DNA of 63,975 bases, counting the filler, from Octopus bimaculoides (Eukaryota), in NCBI RefSeq assembly GCF_001194135.2. It is 4 parts of 4 records of this genome, joined end to end, with 100 filler letters (N's around TTAATTAATTAA, not from the genome) between each part and the next. Parts side by side here need not be neighbours in the genome. Positions count along the whole stretch, not along the records: positions 1 to 22,359 come from NC_068984.1; 3 more parts are not named here. The stretch is one strand, 5' to 3'. A program made the position numbers and the translations under genes. The notes below the pieces were generated by a model. The model saw only the letters and a list, made by a program, of their open reading frames with translations, ran no database searches and had not been told where the DNA came from. Each line of letters opens with the position of its first letter. The stretch's first letter is position 1. This document shows, in pieces, positions 1-13,636 of the stretch.

Positions 1-362
1 GAAGGATGGAATGAATGAAGGAATGAAGGAAGGAAGGAATGAAGGAAGGAAGGAATGAAGATAGGAAAGAAGGAAGGAAGGAAGGAAGGAAGGCAAGAAG
101 GAAGGATGGATGAAGGAAGGAATATAGGAAGGAAGGAATGAAGGAAGGAATGAAGGATGGAAGGAAGGAAGATAGGAAGGAAGGAAGGAAAGAAGGAAAG
201 AATGAAGGAAGGAAGGAAGGAAGGAAGGAAGGAATGAAGGAAGGATGGAAGGAAGGAAGGACGGAATGAAGGAAGAAAGGAATGAAGGAAGGAAGGGAGG
301 AACGAAGGAATGAAGGAAGGAAGGAAGGAATGAAGGAAGGATGGAACGAAGGAAGGAAGGAA
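1..362. repeat. Degenerate (GGAA)n purine microsatellite
   Basis: Continuous gaag/ggaa/gaat units from the window start to about 362. Confidence 0.95.
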
Positions 363-1116
363 GGTGCTTAAGACAGAAAAAGAGAAAGTCTGTCTTCAAC
401 AAAATTTTCAATCGTAGAAAATGATCTTAGGACAAGCGTCAGTGGAGGTGGTGCCATGTAGAGGAATTGCGTATTAGAGAGAGAAATATAGTATTCTATT
501 CATGCATTCGATCTTTTCAAATTCTAGTAAACTCTTACACGTATCAAACAATTTATTGGTATATTTCTAACATGATATTTGTGACAACTCCACAGTGATA
601 CTCATTCAGATTAAAGGCAGTATTCGGAATTGATCGAGTTTAATTGTAGCTTCTGTAGATATATTACTGTAGTTTCAACAAATTAGATTATTTCAAATCA
701 GATATGATTAATTTATCGATTCTCTTCATGCTTCGAAACAAACTCCACGTTTATGAACAGAGAGATATAGATGGCACAGACAGTAAAAAGTTGAAATACA
801 TGCTGAACTGTTTGATGTTTCTGACGATGTGGTATTATATGGTCGACACTAAAATATTGAATACAGGCAATCTCAGCACATGTAAATACCTATCATGGTA
901 GGAACAAGAGAGAAATGCAAAATAAACTCCTATATGATTGATCCTGTGTACTGTATCTATAAAAAAGCATGAATATCTCTGAACGCAAGTAAAATAGAGC
1001 AAATATATGTAGATGATATTTCTCATTTAAATGGTAATTCTTTTACAATTATAGATATTTTGTCATACATAAGTAATGCATATGTAAGTATATATATATA
1101 TGTACACACACACACA

Positions 1117-1157
<41 letters not shown>

Positions 1158-2098
1158 NNNNNNNNNNNNNNNNNNNNNNNNNNNNNNNNNNNNNNNNNNN
1201 NNNNNNNNNNNNNNNNNNNNNNNNNNNNNNNNNNNNNNNNNNNNNNNNNNNNNNNNNNNNNNNNNNNNNNNNNNNNNNNNNNNNNNNNNNNNNNNNNNNN
1301 NNNNNNNNNNNNNNNNNNNNNNNNNNNNNNNNNNNNNNNNNNNNNNNNNNNNNNNNNNNNNNNNNNNNNNNNNNNNNNNNNNNNNNNNNNNNNNNNNNNN
1401 NNNNNNNNNNNNNNNNNNNNNNNNNNNNNNNNNNNNNNNNNNNNNNNNNNNNNNNNNNNNNNNNNNNNNNNNNNNNNNNNNNNAGACAGACCCAATATAC
1501 AGACAGGGAATGGGCGAGAAACAAAAACGAAAAATATTCGGATGATCACTCATGCATAATAACCATGTAGATCATTATATATTTATAAAACAAATTTGCA
1601 CGGTGTAAAAAATATAAACAATTCTAAGGGACGAAGGCGTGGTGGCTCCAGACCGACAGTTGTTTCTGAGGGCTTGGAATTCCGTAATAGTTGTACTGCT
1701 CAGAATTTAGAAATTCAATAATATGCAACCAACAGAGGATGCATATAAATGTCGCCGTAAAACTGGCCTCCTTTGTCAGGGTGGAAAGATGGAATGTGTT
1801 GGTTAATCTACCTTGATTTTTCCTCTTATATGTTATTCTCAATGTAAATGTGTTTTGGAAACATAAATAACTATATATTTATACACGAGTGCTCATCTTT
1901 TGTAACTATTTCCGTTGTTGCCACTCACTATATATAAATCCCTATATATTTTTAAATGTGTATATTTTACATATCAATCCCATGTATGTATCTCTGCATC
2001 ACTGTCTCCATATCAGATCACTTGAAATTCTCTTGTAGCTAGTTATGGACTTCGCTACAGCGCAATGATTTGTAGAAATATGGGAAACTTTTATTAGA

Positions 2099-2260
2099 CT
2101 GCGAACTGGCAGAATCGTTAACCACGCCAGGAAAATGACTGAGCAAAATTTCGTCTGTTTTAACGTTCTAAGTTCAAATTCCGCCGACATTGGTTTTCAT
2201 ACTTTCGATAAGATAAGTACAAGTTGAACACTGGAGCCAATGTGATTGGCTTACACTATG
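2099..2260 (+). mobile_element. SINE family A (head gcgagctggcagaa), degraded copy
   Basis: gcgaactggcagaatcgtta...gttcaaattccgcc (box B-like), then the gataagataagtac central motif shared with other copies in the window. Confidence 0.75.
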
Positions 2261-3222
2261 CTTCGAGATTGCGGACCTGGTCCACAAATTTCGAAAATGA
2301 TATCCGTAAGCTTTGTAATAGCGGTGACAACAGAAATAATAACGTTATAGAACCTTTCAAGAAGAAATTCCGTTCTCATGTAAGATCCCTGCAGAATATC
2401 GGTAGTATAAATGAAAGAAAAAATGGAAAATCAAAGAAATATATACTTTTCCCAACAAGATAAAGGAAGAATACATATTACAACATAATGCATTCCAAAT
2501 TAAAGAAAATTAGCATTTGTTGTAATTGTAAGTTTCTTAAAAAAGATTGAAAAGGCTGGAATGCGATTTCATGAAGTTTTTCAAAATAAATACATGTACC
2601 TATGCTAAAATAAAAGAATGCATAGAAAAGACGTGGCACGATGGAATGTTTAAAGCATAAACAATGGATGAAAACGCATGATTGTGATAACAATGATCAT
2701 GAGATAAAACCAAAATATCTATCTTGCTAATTTGATTGCTCCAAGTATTAAATAGATTTCTTCCAAACGAATTTGAATGCTAGAAAAGACACTCGCTATC
2801 CGACTAATTTGGATGCTCTCGACACACATTTCAATTTAAATTATGTAAATGCTGAATTCTTTGTTCGAAATGTGAATGATAAAAAAACGAATTTGGATGA
2901 CTAACTTCATGTAGTATTTTTTTTTCGCGACTTTGAATAACCTAATTATTAAAGATGGTGGAAAACGTACGAACATGACTGCAAAAACCTATATTACATA
3001 TGCTCCGATTAAACCGTGATTTCATCATTTATTGTTTAAAATTCTTATGTGTATATGATCGTGTAATGTATCTGCGTCCATGTAAATTCGTGTGCAAACG
3101 TAACGAAATGGTTGCGGATATATGTTTGTGTGTCTAAAATATAATCTGTGTAATAACCTCATAACGTGCATTTTGCATTTCTTAAGTCCTATAGGGTTAC
3201 AGTAGGATTAAGCCTTTTACAG

Positions 3223-3300
3223 GATATACATTTGGAAATCCAAGAAAAACTGTACGCGGTTCAGCAGTGCTCACAAGGCCATTCACTAGATGACGTGCAG
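3223..3300 (+). CDS. Candidate internal coding exon, phase 0-0, DIHLEIQEKLYAVQQCSQGHSLDDVQ; gene unidentified
   Basis: Acceptor agccttttacag, donor CAG|gtacgc; 78 nt, with only one frame open across the exon. Confidence 0.5.
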
Positions 3301-3880
3301 GTACGCAGCTTCAACTGGAACATTAATTTATACAATATTTATGCAACAATATAATATAGCAAACTTAGCACTAATAGCACTTACCAATGCACAGAAACAA
3401 CTCTGGTAATTACTTATTAATGTCTGCTCATTCCATATTCTCGTTATATATATATATATACATTGTGTGTATGTGAGGTCTTATGTATGAGTATGATCGA
3501 ATGCTACATAGATACGGTATAATGTATTGTTTATTATATACACATACAGTGAAAGAGAGAGACAGAATTAAAGAGACAGAAATAGAGAGGTAGTGAAAGA
3601 GATAGGGTGAGAGTGGTAGAATAAAATGAAGGAACAATAAATAATACTTCTTCTACAAGATAATGTAAGGGAAAAAAAGTGAACTTGCCATACATCTTTA
3701 GCAATGGGAGTGCGGATTATATATATCAAGGGAAAAATAAATGCGTTGCTACCGTATAACTTCCTGCTGATCGTTAGGTAAAGCTTGCATGACAGTGAGC
3801 AGGTATGTGGAGTGTTTTCCTATATAAATGTGTGGTAATATATTATCGAAAATTATGATTAAGACATTCCTTTATATGTG

Positions 3881-3915
<35 letters not shown>

Positions 3916-4512
3916 AGTTTCGGTACATTATAAATTATTGAGTATATAACTCAAATTTGCACACATTTACACAAATAGCTACAAATCTTTACAGGAATAT
4001 ATTCAAATTTTTACTTTTAGCTTTAGGTAGCATTCCCAAGGACAAAATTAGGAATTCATATTCACTGAAGTGACTATAATGGAACTAGTAAACCCAAATT
4101 ATCTGCTGTGCATTTCGAGATTTCTGTTTGTTAAAATATGCGGAAGAGAAATTTGATGTATTTTACAAAAGTAATTACAAAATATATGACGCAGTATTTC
4201 AGATTATTTAATAGGAGCATACACAATGTAAAATGCTTGTCTGAAATACTCGAAGGTTATTAAGTTAATAACTGGTGGGCGGGGGGTAAAGCTTTTGTTT
4301 ATATATGTCTGTTATATTACAACGGAGACTAATCATGTATTGGTTGAGTCACTTTTTTTTTCAATTTGGAAAAACTGTGGAACATCTTATGTTAAAAGCG
4401 CGATTTTATGTATAGCTAAACTATCGTGTAAGAATCTAGAATTATTCCTTTATGCCAGCACATAAGGTTATTTTACAATATATGTACATATTTACATTTG
4501 TGTATTTGTGTG

Positions 4513-4552
<40 letters not shown>

Positions 4553-4566
4553 TGTGTGTGTGTGTG

Positions 4567-4832
4567 AGGGTGCATGGCTTTGTGGTTAGAGTGTTGCATT
4601 TACGATTGTCAAATCGGGATTTCAAATCCTAGACCGGGTAGCACATTGTGTACTTGAGAAAAACACACTTCGACACCAGACGCGTGTTACACAATACACC
4701 TGTTCATTCAACGTCGAATTGATACAGAGAGTGAGCTTAATGTGCGACACAAATCTTTGATCACTATAAACAAATCATTTGCGCAAGTCATTCGGCAAAA
4801 TGTATGATGCTTAACTGCCGTATTTCTAGGGT
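4567..4832 (+). mobile_element. tRNA-derived SINE, family C, degraded
   Basis: Head with box A-like tggctttgtggttag and box B-like atttcaaatcc, followed by cattgtgtacttgagaaaaacac; similar head at 57932. Confidence 0.65.
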
Positions 4833-5257
4833 CAGAATATTTTATTCAGTCTTGCTTTATTTGTACTCATACATCTAAGCCCACTTCTGTAACAAATATA
4901 TCTGACTTGCTATTGCCTCGCATGCTTACTTTATCATCACCATCACGAACACCGTCATAATCATCATTCCCGCACCTATCATTGACATCATCACAATCAT
5001 CACTATTAGCTCCAACTCAAATTTTGTCCTTAATATTCCTTCCACCATCAGAGCTACTCCCTTCATTATCACCAATATCGTCTCTCCAGTCACCGTACTT
5101 GCCTAGCTACTTACTTAAATATATAATGACTACTTTTATAAACCAGTCGGATGACGATGAGCTTTGTTTGACCGGTGTTTTAATAACACGAAAGACATTT
5201 CGAATGAATCAGATGCTAATTTATACATACAGACAGATCGATAAATGGATAGAAACA

Positions 5258-5290
<33 letters not shown>

Positions 5291-7075
5291 NNNNNNNNNN
5301 NNNNNNNNNNNNNNNNNNNNNNNNNNNNNNNNNNNNNNNNNNNNNNNNNNNNNNNNNNNNNNNNNNNNNNNNNNNNNNNNNNNNNNNNNNNNNNNNNNNN
5401 NNNNNNNNNNNNNNNNNNNNNNNNNNNNNNNNNNNATATATATATATATATATATATACTTATACATACTTATATATATATAGTAATGGCGAAATCGGTC
5501 GATACATAGTTAAGTTATTTAAAAGAAAGTTGATCGTCTTCTGTTATAGCTGCTTGTCGATATATGCAACACTTAAGAAGACATCGAAAATAAAACCGTA
5601 TGTTTCCCGGCAATCAGCTTCTGTGTCGTTCATCTGCAATTTGCTGAAGCAAAGAAACATACCAACAAAATAGCAATTCCAATATGTTAGCATTATCTTA
5701 CCTTGATTCCTTTAGATGTAAACGATGGTAAAATATTATTAAGCACACATACTTAAAAATATACGCTTCGTGTATTTTCCCGTGACTGCAATAGCGTGGT
5801 TGAGTAACATACACTCTCAAAGTATTGGGTGTTAAAACACTTGAGTCATGGACAGGCGTAGTAATTCGCCTTCAACCATATTGGAAAGTGATGAACATCC
5901 ATGATTTGTCATTTTTGTGGCTTAGCAACATCACGTATCCTCCAGGAAAGAAAGCAAGACACCTAGGCAGTCCACAACTTAAATGCTCATGGCTTGTAAA
6001 ACCATGTTCTGGCATGCCGGAAATTGCGTGCTTAGCGATATTATAATACTAAAGCTTAGGTAATAAAATAATTCTCGAGATTTTAATGTGACTGAGCACA
6101 GAAATGAAGGCCATATCAATGCAATCTTAACTAAACAACCAGTGTTTTATAAATTGTTTGGCGTCAGGTGGTACTTAACACATATTCTTGAGGGTGACTA
6201 AAGTAAGAAAAAGTAAGGAAGAAGGTAGAGATGTATCAATGGATTCCTGTGGGCTTACAGAGATTAATTGAAATGTTAGAATTAAGATATGTACAATCTT
6301 CCCCTACATTCAGTTACTGCGGCATTGTTGTCTGCAATACATTGAAATATCGGTTACATATATAAAAAAATGTACGACACGGAAATGTTCTTCGGTTTCA
6401 AGACACATTAATGATAATTATTTATTTTTATTTATTTTCATTTTATCTAGTCTCAGCTCTCGAGCTGTGGCCATACTGGGGCACGGGCATTTTGAAATAT
6501 TTGCTTCAGAGATCTAAAAAGAAATCAGTTAATTAAATATGCACATACACTCAATTTCTCGGGCTTTTGCAGCTGGACGTAATAGATGAGACTCTCATAA
6601 TCGTTGTGTAATAATGAGAAATACATGAAGCAATAAACATATAAATATTTGGCATTCTCTTTCAAGTGCCTCGGTCAGAGTGCCCACATAACAATGATTA
6701 AAGACCCATAATAGTTAATTACCTCTTATACGGAGGCATTCTATTTATTTATACTATGGAGCAACAAATATTCATTTGAAAACTATTGATCGAACCACCT
6801 TTATGATACATGCACACACACAAACACACACGCACATGCAATCACACACATATGTACATATAAATATTTATGCATTTACATGTGTATCAGGTCATTCAGT
6901 GCAGTTCCAGTAAAATGTACCGGTAACACGTCACATGATCGGGTGGCCGGTGACTGAACTGGAAACAGCACCAATCAAGTGTGGTAAAGATATTAATAAC
7001 TGGACACCAAATGGGATTAAAAATAAAAACCGAAAACGGAGGGAGTAAATCAACGGCCATCCCAAATTTTCTACA

Positions 7076-7113
<38 letters not shown>

Positions 7114-7589
7114 GACATATATATAACACATGCACACACACATACACATATACAAACACACACACACATATGTATGAATATTAATATTTCTAAGTTTCTC
7201 TAAAGTAGACTACGGCAGCGGTTCTGGATATTAAAAATTATCGCCAGGCTAACATGGCAGTCCAGGAAAATAGGACGAATGCTGCCATTGATTAGCACCA
7301 AGAGGTCATCGCCTTAAGCTAGCTATGTGACACACAAACCTATGTCCATTATAACCTTCGAACAGGGGAGTTCAGCAGCTTTCCCTTGCTGGTTCAACAT
7401 CCACACACTAGTTTCAGGGTATTTGACCCACTAGTCTGTTTGCAGATATCTCTTCAAATACTGCGGTGAAGAGGAAGCGGTGATGAGAAAACGACAATAG
7501 GGAAGCGGAGATGGGAATACGGTGATGGGAAAGCTGCAATGTTTGAGATATACAGTCAATACTCTACACTTAAGCGGCCCATGACTTAC

Positions 7590-7780
7590 CTAACGTCGTT
7601 AGTAATTTTAGACGTAGGAGCTAGCTTGGGCGGAATCTTTTGTGACGGTGCATTCTCTTTTTTTATGAGAAAACACTGCTCACACAAATTTTGTGGGAGG
7701 TCTCGAAATGGGGACCCAAGCATTATATTATCAATTCCATCATTTAGTTGGTCAGCTATCTGAGACTGACTGTCATTCAT
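7590..7780 (-). CDS. Candidate coding exon MNDSQSQIADQLNDGIDNIMLGSPFRDLPQNLCEQCFLIKKENAPSQKIPPKLAPTSKITNDV; gene unidentified
   Basis: Complex non-repetitive ORF ending exactly at a consensus donor (AG|gtaagt). Possible acceptors at 7821 or 7760. Confidence 0.5.
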
Positions 7781-7944
7781 ACCAGCATAATGAAATGAAG
7801 ATTATAAATTTCCGAATGGACTTTCCAAAGAAAAGAATAACACTAAATGCTGCCATATGGCAAGATTGAAAGGGAGAGAATTCAGCAGGTACAATATGAA
7901 TATAGCTACATACTTCTGAGCCGATAAAGTAAGCATCAGGCTTT

Positions 7945-8045
7945 AACAACAAGTACTGGTGTCGATCCATCTGACTAACCATCCATTAAGACGGTTTCCC
8001 AGCATGGCCGCAGTCTAATGACTGAAACAAATAAAGTATAAGAGA
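7945..8045 (+). mobile_element. SINE family B, 3' fragment
   Basis: ccagcatggccgcagtctaatgactgaaacaaataaag matches the 3' end of the copy at 24919-25319. Confidence 0.75.
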
Positions 8046-8084
8046 CATATACGTGTGTGCGCCTTTTATCTATCTATCTATCTA

Positions 8085-8164
<80 letters not shown>

Positions 8165-8188
8165 ACTATCTATCTATCTATCTATCTA

Positions 8189-8236
<48 letters not shown>

Positions 8237-8239
8237 TAT

Positions 8240-8645
8240 CTTTTATAGAATGCAGCAGTGCTGGGATACCGCCTTGAAGAAATTTTAGTCGGATGGATTG
8301 ACCCCAATACTTACTGTTTTTAAAGTCAGGTCTATCGGCTCACTTTGCTGAACCGCTAAATTACTGAGACGTAAATATACCAACACCGGTTCTGAAGCGG
8401 ACGCGGGGAACAAGCACTGACACAAATACACACACACACACACATATATATAAAACGACCGGTATCTCTCAGTTTCCGTCATCCAAATCTACTCACAAAG
8501 CAATACGAAGATTCTTTCAATTTCCATGTACCAAGTTCAGTGGCAAGGCTTGGTCGCCCGGGTCTCTAATAGAAGACACTTCCCCGAATTTCCATGAAGT
8601 GGAACTGAAGCAAGAATTATGTGTTTGGGAAACAAACTACTTATT
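8240..8645 (-). mobile_element. SINE family B, degraded near-full copy
   Basis: Colinear with 24919-25319 (accgccttg...gaaccgctaa...cagtttccgtc...agaagacactt). Confidence 0.7.
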
Positions 8646-9489
8646 GATATCTGGAGCTCTGCAGATAAATAAAAGTAAAACTTCACAGATATGAATGTAT
8701 CTGAAGGCTTTGAAGTATAAGTAATGAAAGAAATTGATTTTTATGCAGGTATCTATCTAACTAGCTAGCTATCAAATTTTAGCTTCTGTTTATTAAGGAA
8801 GTAGCATTGATGTCTATAACTCCCTACCGCCACCCCCAAAACGCGTTTAAAATTTCATGTGCACTGAAACATATCTTTTTAGAGACATTACAAAGTTGGT
8901 GTAAAAAATAATGGTATATCTTTCAACCGTTATAACATTCTTGCGTTTGCTAGTCTGTGTATGAAGGACAGTGTTTATTTCTATTTTTGTAACCTACTAG
9001 ACAAACATTTTCAGATGGATATTGCAAGTCTATTGAAGTGGATATTTGTTCATATGGCTACCAGTTAAATCGAAAACGACAGGTCTTTTATAAATATAAA
9101 TAAAGACATATTTACTCTGAGCATTTCTACCTGTAATTTTAAATTGATAAAATCATATTAGTGATACATCCTCGCGTTCATTCAAGAAATATAAGGTCAT
9201 TTTTCTAATGTTTGGCCTTATAAAATCTGTGAATGAGTAAAACTAAATGTGATGTGTTTTCAACTATGCAGACCCAAACTTTCTCTCTGCGTTTTCGTAA
9301 CAAATCTGCAAAAGAGTTTCAAGATCATGAGATATAGATAAATTAAGGGAGAATATCCTATCCCCAAAATATCAATCGATGTTATTATCACTGACGCTTT
9401 CGCTCTGATAATTGTTATACGGACACTAATCCAAATGAGCGAGTCATAGCCAATCGGCAAAGAGCATTTGGGTTATTCTTTTTCCGTCA

Positions 9490-9660
9490 ACTTTCCAACA
9501 CACTCCTTAGAGACCTTGCTGCTCTTAATAAGGCTGTTTTCTACATCGGACCCGTTCTGATTGTAATCCCTATCTTCTCAAACCATGAATTCGACTTTTT
9601 AATAACTGTTCCCAGTGTGCCAACCACACTTGGTACCATTTCTACGTTCGTGATTCTCCA
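9490..9660 (-). mobile_element. R4/Dong-like RLE non-LTR retrotransposon, 3' end (stack copy 4)
   Basis: Minus translation WRITNVEMVPSVVGTLGTVIKKSNSWFEKIGI...KTALLRAARSLRSVLES matches the R4-clade C-terminus pattern (VPIVVGALG...QKxALLGTARILRKVL). Confidence 0.7.
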
Positions 9661-9664
9661 TATT

Positions 9665-10040
9665 TTCTTCTTCTTCTTCTTCTTCTTCTTCTTCTTCTAG
9701 AAACAATGCTCAGGCTTGGCCTTATTCCAGGTAGGATTTATCTCTAGCGGGTTACTACCTATAACATTAGGTATCAACATGTTTTCAGGAGTCTTTCACG
9801 GGCTTAGAACGCTCGTGATAATTTTTGTTGTCTTTAAGGTGGAAAATTTCTGTAGGAAGTTCGCCGGGCGTTCTCTTTTAATCTCCCGCAGCAAGTTGTC
9901 TATATCTTGCCTCACTCTACCGAACGCACGATCATTACTGTTCGCATACTCCTGACACTTCCTATTTCAAGTTTCAAAGGATTGTATTTTCTTTGCCTTT
10001 CTTCCTCTTTCTTACGAACCTGGGTTTCTTCTTCTTTCTT
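9665..10040 (-). mobile_element. R4/Dong-like RLE retrotransposon 3' end with (GAA)n tail (stack copy 3)
   Basis: Minus translation KKEEERQRKYNPLKLEIG...GAFGRVRQDIDNLLREI...LQKFSTLKTTKIITSVLS, then a short 3' UTR and (GAA)n. Confidence 0.65.
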
Positions 10041-10064
10041 TTATTATTATTGTTCTTATTATTG

Positions 10065-10123
<59 letters not shown>

Positions 10124-10559
10124 GTTCAGTAGTTTTATGTTTATAACGTGCTTTCACTTCACTACCGAGCGCAGCTCTGTGCGCCTTGGGTATGTGCTGT
10201 GGTTTGCTGTGGTGCTCTTATGTTTACTGTATTGAAAGTGTTTTGCGTAGAATGTGTGCAGTACCGAGTAGTGCAATTTTCTGTATGTTATATATATTTG
10301 TAAGTCCTGGTGTTTTTGTTATGTATTTGTCTGAATATTTTTTTTTATTATACCTAAGGCACCTACTATGATAGGAATCGTTTCTGTTTTTAGATTCCAC
10401 ATTCGAGTTATCTCTATTTCNNNNNNNNNNNNNNNNNNNNNNNNNNNNNNNNNNNNNNNNNNNNNNNNNNNNNNTCCAGGTATTTGTATTTTGAAAGTTT
10501 TTCCATTTCTTTTAGAGAAACGTTGTCATCTGCTGGTATAGATACATCAATTAGAAATC

Positions 10560-10560
<1 letters not shown>
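10041..10560 (-). mobile_element. R4/Dong-like RLE retrotransposon 3' end with (TAA)n tail (stack copy 2; contains an N gap)
   Basis: Minus translation LIDVSIPADDNVSLKEMEKLSKYK...IQKIALLGTAHILRKTLSIQ*, 3' UTR, then (TAA)n; closely similar to the adjacent copy 1. Confidence 0.9.
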
Positions 10561-10632
<72 letters not shown>

Positions 10633-11140
10633 CAGTAGTTTTATTTTTATAGCGTGCTTTCACTTCACTACCGAGCGCAGCTCTGTGCCTTGGGTATGTG
10701 CTGTGGTTTGATGTGATGCTCTTATGGTTACTGTATTGAAATTGTTTTGCGTAGGATGTGTGCAGTACCCAGTAGTGCAATTTTCTCTACGTTATATATA
10801 TTTCTAAGTCCTGATGTTTCTGTTATGTATTTGTCTGAATATTTTTTTTTATACCTAAGGCGCCTACTATGGTAGGAATTGTTTCTGTTTTCAGATTCCA
10901 CATTCGAGTTACCTCTATTTACAGGTCTTTGTATTTTGAAAGTTTCTCCATTTCTTTTAGAGAAACGCTGTCATCTGCTATTGATATATCAATAAGAACG
11001 CATTTCTTTCATGATCTCTGACAACTAAATCTAGCCTATTGGCCTTAATTTCTTTATCTGTGTGTATTGGCATATCCCAGAGTATGGTTGCTTTCTCGTT
11101 TTCTGTGACCTTTTCTATTGTTATTCCATGGTGTTGGCAT
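10561..11140 (-). mobile_element. R4/Dong-like RLE retrotransposon 3' end with (TAA)n tail (stack copy 1)
   Basis: Minus translation ENEKATILWDMPIHTDKEIKANRLDLVVRDH...DDSVSLKEMEKLSKYKDL*IEVTRMWNLKTETIPTIVGALG...KIALLGTAHILRKTISIQ*, a PD-(D/E)xK endonuclease region with stops and frameshifts. Confidence 0.9.
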
Positions 11141-11164
11141 AGCTTCCAGTGTATGTATGTTCCA

Positions 11165-11680
11165 GCTCTATCGACCTGGATGTGGCCGCAAAAAAGTGTG
11201 CGGACCTATCTGCTTATCAAAAGTACCAGAAAAAAGACACGGAGAAATCCTTGTTGTTCCGCCAGAAAACTGGCTGCCACATCAAAAGTAACCCGAACAT
11301 CGATGCATTGAGCGCTGAAAGGGAATCTCAGAACCCACCATTATAAGGCGATTCGCCGCCATGTGCTCACGCAAATTCATAAGGTCGTGAGTCTGTAAAG
11401 ATGTCATCATATCCTGTATCACATTGCTGAACATCAGGTAGGGCACGCTGCCCTACCAGATGTTCACTGATGAAAAGAAATTTGACATTCGAACTGACAG
11501 TAAAACACCTGAATGACCGACTTTAGAGTGTATCTGTCTCTGTCGAGGGTAGACATCAAAGTCCATAGTCAGTTATTGTTTGGGTGGCTGTGACAGCCAT
11601 TGAAAGCCCTCCTCTCGTTTGTGTGCCCTCTGTTGTTAACATTAGCATCTAGCGATAGATTAGCGACATTCTGGAAGGTT
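11165..11680 (+). mobile_element. Decayed Tc1/mariner-superfamily transposase (maT/DD37D-like)
   Basis: Frameshifted translation RPGCGRKKSVRT..LIKSTRKKTRRNPCCSARKLA (HTH), MFTDEKKFDI (first catalytic Asp), HQSP*SVIVWVAVTAIESPPLVCVPS. Confidence 0.8.
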
Positions 11681-11984
11681 AAATACGTCCATAGGCGAAA
11701 GAAACTTTTAAAGCGCGAATTGGAGCCTCCAACAGAAAAACATTCCATCGTTCTGTATATATAGAAATAACCAGTATATGACTTAACTTCGTAAATAAAG
11801 TTGAACAAATTCATTCATATTTAGGCTATGGAGGAGATTTGATGTTAAAATTGATTTTGGTTTTTATTTTCATTTTCCTATACAATCGTTTCTTACAAAT
11901 AGACTAAGATATTCATAGATCGGACATCGGAATGGGCAATTTGTATTCTTCCGTAGGTAATATTTAAAGGAAAATAAAAAGATA

Positions 11985-12015
<31 letters not shown>

Positions 12016-12150
12016 GATGTATTTTCTTAGTCATTGTTTTAGGGGATTTATATATTCGTCCTTCCAGTCACGTTTATTTAAATCTAGACTAAAATGTAGT
12101 AGAACTTGGGTGCTAATATATCAAATATTTAATTTTATTTCCTTCATATG

Positions 12151-12188
<38 letters not shown>

Positions 12189-12653
12189 AAACTCTCTATA
12201 AAACTGTTTACTGGTCAAGTTGTATGTGTATGTACGTTCGGAATTATCAAATAAGGAGTTATATGTTATTTCAAATTCATATTTAATATTTCTTAACCGT
12301 CAACTCTGATAGTTAACGTGCCGTATACATGTGTGTAGCTGTATGTATGTAACTAGATAATATATCTATATACGGTATGTATGAAACTATAGGAAGTTTA
12401 ATCAGCATTTCAGAAAGAAACAACCATTGCCATCCAATAGCGCACAATTTAAAATTTCTATAAAATTATTTTGGAAGTGGATAATTTACTATCGACCTTT
12501 TCTACTCATACAGCAATGATTTACACTAACTCTAGTTTATACATAAATGCTCTGGAATGATATTGCATTTCTTCGGAATATTTGTTCTCATTACTTTACG
12601 TCTATTGAATGCTAAGGAAATGTCAGGACCTTACTTTTATATGTTTCTACTAG

Positions 12654-12708
12654 AATACGTCAGTTTGAGAAACTGCTTGAACGTTTCGTGTTGTCTCAGA
12701 TTTTCTGA
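12654..12708 (+). CDS. Candidate terminal coding exon (x)IRQFEKLLERFVLSQIF*
   Basis: Acceptor ttttatatgtttctactag; TGA at 12706-12708; AATAAA at 12834-12839. Alternative readings exist on both strands. Confidence 0.3.
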
Positions 12709-13636
12709 AGCAGTCATAGGTTATGATTACTACGAAATTCTTTGTGAAGTTAATATCGATTTCTATAATACTGAGAAGAAAAATTATATATGCAATTCCG
12801 AAGATTGGGGCTGATTGCGCGAACAGATGAAACAATAAATTTGCACATAAGAAAAGCTAAGACTTGTATAGATTATTTGCTTCTAATTGCAAATTTACAC
12901 CGTAATCGCAAATGTCATTATTTTATTGTTTCTTGTCAGTGATTTTGAAGCCCAGATATTTCGAAATGAAGAAGCCTACATAAAATTATATGAAAATCAT
13001 TTCTTCTGTAAAATTCTTGTACTATTTGGTCACTACTTCATGGTAAAGAAATGTCAATATTCCTTCGTGTTGTAACTTTGTATTGTTTAGCTTAATTCAT
13101 TAAATTTTAAGTTAATGCTGCCTATCAAAATAATCAGGAACGCTATTACATAAGAATACGGGTATAAAACAACTACCCACTATATATTGTTAGTCTCAAC
13201 TCAAATCTAAATAATACAATTTTTCAGATGAAAAGTGTTAAGTGTTAACTGACATCAATTTGAATTCTCAGAACATGATCTATATAAAATGGTCTTACTT
13301 ATAAGAGGCATGCTAGACGAACCAATAACATTGTCGACAACGATCAACAACTCAAGGGCAATAGGGATGATGACGATGACGACACCGACGACGACGTTGA
13401 TAATGATGAAGGTGATGATGATGGAGACGATGATGCTGGTGGTGGTTGTGGTGGTGGTGGTGGTGGTGGGGTACTGATGATGTTGATGATTACAACGTCA
13501 TGATGATAACAGTTAGGAGAATATTAAGATGGTCGGATAAATATAAGGAGAACGATAACATTAACCAAATCTTTAAACAGACAAACGTAAAATTATGTAT
13601 AACTGTTTAACATCTTATCTTTCTTCCCTATTTTAG

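Noticed and set aside
1755-1800. HPDKGG (J-domain motif) on the minus strand
   Set aside because: Isolated hexapeptide bounded by stops, with no J-domain helices.
12557-12814. 85-aa ORF with a signal-peptide-like start; also an RGS-like FKQFLKLTYSSRNI on the opposite strand
   Set aside because: Weak start context, and hydrophobic residues are expected from T-rich DNA. The RGS-like frame stops immediately, and the terminal-exon reading explains the region at least as well.
13370-13500. Asp/Gly-rich reading frame (DDDDDDTDDDVDNDEGDDD...GGGG)
   Set aside because: Degenerate (GAT/GAC/GGT)n simple repeat with no splice or start support.
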